A stretch of 64,000 nt of DNA. Source: an uncultured Thermoleophilia bacterium (GTDB lineage Bacteria > Actinomycetota > Thermoleophilia > Gaiellales > Gaiellaceae). The notes under the pieces are model-generated. The model searched no databases. It was not told where the DNA came from and saw only the letters and a list, made by a program, of their open reading frames with translations. The DNA is taken from positions 491,282 through 555,281 of the forward strand of contig CAWCGR010000003.1 of assembly GCA_963795175.1 (NCBI GenBank), given 5' to 3'. The position numbers were made by a program, and so were the translations under genes. Shown piece by piece: positions 62,903 to 64,000 of the stretch. Within the stretch, counting starts at the first letter, position 1; each line of letters opens with the position of its first letter.

Positions 62903-64000
62903 TTGCGGCTGCGACGAAGCACGGAGGGCCCACGTAAGCGGGGCCGGATTCGAAAGCTGCGCCTTCTCGCCGTGCTCGCCGTCCTCGTGCTGTTGACGGG
63001 AATGGCGTTCATGTTCGGGCTGGTGCGCGCCGTCGCGAGCGAGATCCCGCTGCTCGACCCTGCCGCGGAGCGCACCCAGGTCGACGGCATCATCTATGCG
63101 TCGAACGGCCGCTCCGTGCTCACGGTCCTCCGCGGTGAGGAGAGCAGAGTCCTCCTGCAGAAGCTCGACGACATCTCCCCGATCATGCGCCAGGCGATCG
63201 TCTCGGTCGAGGATCGCCGCTTCTACGAGCACAACGGCGTCGACATCCGAGGCATCGGGCGCGCGCTCTGGCAGGACATCCGCTCCCAGTCCGTCGTCGA
63301 GGGTGGCTCGACGATCACCCAGCAGTTCGTCAAGAACGCCTACGTCCGCAACCAGCGGACGCTTGCACGCAAGGTCAGGGAGGCCGCTCTCGCGTGGCAG
63401 CTCGAGCAGCTCTGGTCGAAGGACAGGATCCTGCTCGCCTACCTCAACACGATCTACTTCGGCAACGGCGCGTATGGCATCCAGCAGGCGGCACGGACCT
63501 ACTTCGGGAAGGGAGCCCTGAGCCTGAACCTGGCCGAGTCCGCACTCCTCGCCGGGCTCCCCGCCGATCCGACCCGGTATGACCCGACCCGCTCCCCCAG
63601 CGCCGCCAAGCAGCGCCGGCTCTATGTGCTCAGGACGATGTTCGACGAGGGCAAGATCACGACCCAGCAGCTGCGCGAGTCGTCGCGGGCCCCGCTCCCC
63701 AAGGCCGGGGACGTCCGTCTGCCGGGCACGCAGGGGCCTGGTCAGTATTTCGTCAACTACGTCAAGGATCAGCTGATCGCGAAGTACGGTGCCGGTCGGG
63801 TGTTCGGCGGCGGGCTGCGGGTCACGAGCACGATCGACCTCAACCTCCAGGAGACCGCTCATCGTGCGATCGAGAGCGTCCTCAAGACCCCCGGCGGGCC
63901 GGCCGCAGCACTCGTCGCGATCGATCCCCGCACGGGCGCAGTCCGGGCCATGGTCGGCGGCTCCAACTTCCGCCAGAGCCAGTTCAACCTCGCGACCCAG
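62903..64000 (+). CDS. Class A penicillin-binding protein (PBP1A), truncated at the window end
   Basis: Not in the ORF track. TTG start 7 nt after TAGAAT; TM anchor; EDRRFYEH, GGSTITQQ, RKVRE, KDRIL..YLN transglycosylase motifs. Confidence 0.92.
   Translation, partial: MRLRRSTEGPRKRGRIRKLRLLAVLAVLVLLTGMAFMFGLVRAVASEIPLLDPAAERTQVDGIIYASNGRSVLTVLRGEESRVLLQKLDDISPIMRQAIVSVEDRRFYEHNGVDIRGIGRALWQDIRSQSVVEGGSTITQQFVKNAYVRNQRTLARKVREAALAWQLEQLWSKDRILLAYLNTIYFGNGAYGIQQAARTYFGKGALSLNLAESALLAGLPADPTRYDPTRSPSAAKQRRLYVLRTMFDEGKITTQQLRESSRAPLPKAGDVRLPGTQGPGQYFVNYVKDQLIAKYGAGRVFGGGLRVTSTIDLNLQETAHRAIESVLKTPGGPAAALVAIDPRTGAVRAMVGGSNFRQSQFNLATQ

Overview
High-GC actinobacterial chromosome segment. The 16S gene looks Thermoleophilia/Gaiellales-like (by eye, no search run). 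Left to right: the N-terminus of an ECF sigma factor; gpmI-tpiA-pgk-gap; whiA coupled to an Ogt-family gene; pruA and a YeiH-type exporter; uvrC; secreted hydrolases; tRNA-Leu; then a ~23 kb uncharacterised metabolic cluster (18181-40928). That cluster holds a three-subunit molybdenum hydroxylase plus CoxG, a Mer-like LLM oxidoreductase, M20 and two M24 hydrolases with altered metal sites, an FAH, a LeuA-like synthase, two PanE-like reductases, an HAAT ABC importer, an FAD oxidoreductase and a TIM-barrel enzyme, with a shared candidate operator TGACATGTCA. Further right: tRNA-Asn, dnaG-dgt, small genes including an Sm/Hfq-like candidate, a complete 16S-23S-5S operon (minus strand), tyrS, a SigK/RskA-like pair, recQ and a truncated class A PBP. 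Many genes appear leaderless, some from overlapping divergent -10 boxes. No mobile elements or CRISPR arrays were seen. Product calls come from motif recognition only, and many start codons were re-assigned relative to the ORF track.
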